This document shows, piece by piece, positions 63,061 through 64,000 of a stretch of DNA of 64,000 nt (position 1 is the first letter of the stretch; each line of letters opens with the position of its first letter). The position numbers and the translations under genes are program-made. Origin of the DNA: Octopus bimaculoides (taxonomy: Eukaryota); the NCBI RefSeq assembly GCF_001194135.2, contig NC_068981.1:176718454-176782453 (forward strand), in the 5' to 3' direction. Under the pieces are notes generated by a model. The model worked only from the letters and a program-made list of their open reading frames with translations. It was not told the DNA's origin and made no database searches.

Positions 63061-64000
63061 CAGGGGTTGGACAAAATAATGGAAACACCTAGCATCATAG
63101 CATCATAATTTTGAAACATCTATAAAACTGTCAAAAGCTTGTTTATTTTTATGTTTTTTTCATTTTTTATTAGTGTTGCTTAATATGTTTTGCTAAACTT
63201 GCTGTTTCTTTTCAGATATTATCAGAAAAAGCAATTAAAATTCACTAAAATGACAGATCTATCAGACTTTTAAAGAGGTCAAATTGTTGGTGCTCGTATG
63301 GCAGGTGCTAGCATAACGGAAATGGCCGAAATGTTTAGTGTATCAAGAAGTACAAAGGCGGTGAGCTGGCAGAAACGTTAGCACACCGGGCGAAATGCTT
63401 AGCGGTATCCCGCCTGTCGCTACGTTCTGAGTTCAAATTCCGCCGAGGTCGACTTTGCCTTTCATCCTTTCGGGGTCGATAAATTAAGTACCAGTTACGC
63501 ACTGGGGTCGATGTAATTGATTTACTCCCTTTGTCTGTCCTTGTTTGTCCCCTCTATGTTTAGCCCCCTGTGGGCAATAAAGAAATAGGAAGTACTGTCT
63601 TGAAAGTAATGACAGCCTTTGAGAAAGAGGGAAAAGTCACGTTGAAACAAAACTCCGGAAGAAAACCAAAACTTTCAGATAGGGACCGTCGAACTCTTAC
63701 GCAAATTATTAGAAAGGATCATAAAAGTACAGCTCCCAAAATTACTGCAGAGCTTAATGACTACCTCGTGAACCCAGTTTCCACAAAAACTGTTCGTTGG
63801 GAGTTACACAAAGCTAGATTTCACAGGAGGGCTGCAATCAAAAACAAACATTGCAAAGCATTTAGAGTGGAGTAAAAACCTACAGAATTGGTCCCTAGAG
63901 CAGTAGAAGAATGTTATTTTCTTGGACGAATCATCCTTCACTTTATTTCCAACCGCTGGGCGAGTATACATGTGGAAACAACCAAAACAAGCATTTGACC
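63061..64000 (+). pseudogene. Tc1-family transposon with disrupted transposase, running off the window end
   Basis: TA|CAGGGGTTGGACAAAATAATGGAAACACC TIR; ATG at 63250 MTDLSDF*RGQIVGARMAGAS...; GRKPKLSDRDRR; later LDES (DES-type catalytic Asp motif); premature stop, SINE insertion, frameshift. Confidence 0.9.
63354..63588 (+). mobile_element. SINE family N inserted in the Tc1 transposase ORF
   Basis: TSD GAAGTAC at 63347-63353 and 63589-63595. Confidence 0.9.

Overview
AT-rich, CpG-depleted eukaryotic DNA with many N gaps (about 20, several flanked by microsatellites). The SINE families and repeat style point to an octopus genome, probably Octopus bimaculoides; this is an inference, not a database result. 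I found no recognisable intact host gene. The long ORFs in the track are microsatellite or gap artefacts, and the few splice-site-bounded micro-exon candidates are low confidence. The window is mostly transposable-element debris: three abundant SINE or SINE-like families (called A, N and M here), RTE/CR1/L1 LINE remnants, mariner and Tc1 transposase pseudogenes, and MITEs of several superfamilies with readable terminal inverted repeats (TIRs) and target-site duplications (TSDs). The most interesting items are: (1) two copies of a Penelope-like terminal repeat carrying a minimal hammerhead-ribozyme core (53578-53604 + and about 41760-41785 -); (2) a near-perfect 178-bp-arm palindrome (48361-48727) whose axis carries the two halves of a hammerhead core on opposite strands, with a solo arm at 39782-39945; (3) a 664-bp TIR element with a 2-bp TSD containing a (CCCTAA)n|(TTAGGG)n telomeric hairpin; (4) a shared RGAA target start at family-N SINE insertions, two of them at the same site of another SINE; (5) a repeat-free, CpG-retaining stretch at about 40.1-41.05 kb. 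SINE and LINE boundaries are approximate (tens of bp) unless a TSD is quoted.
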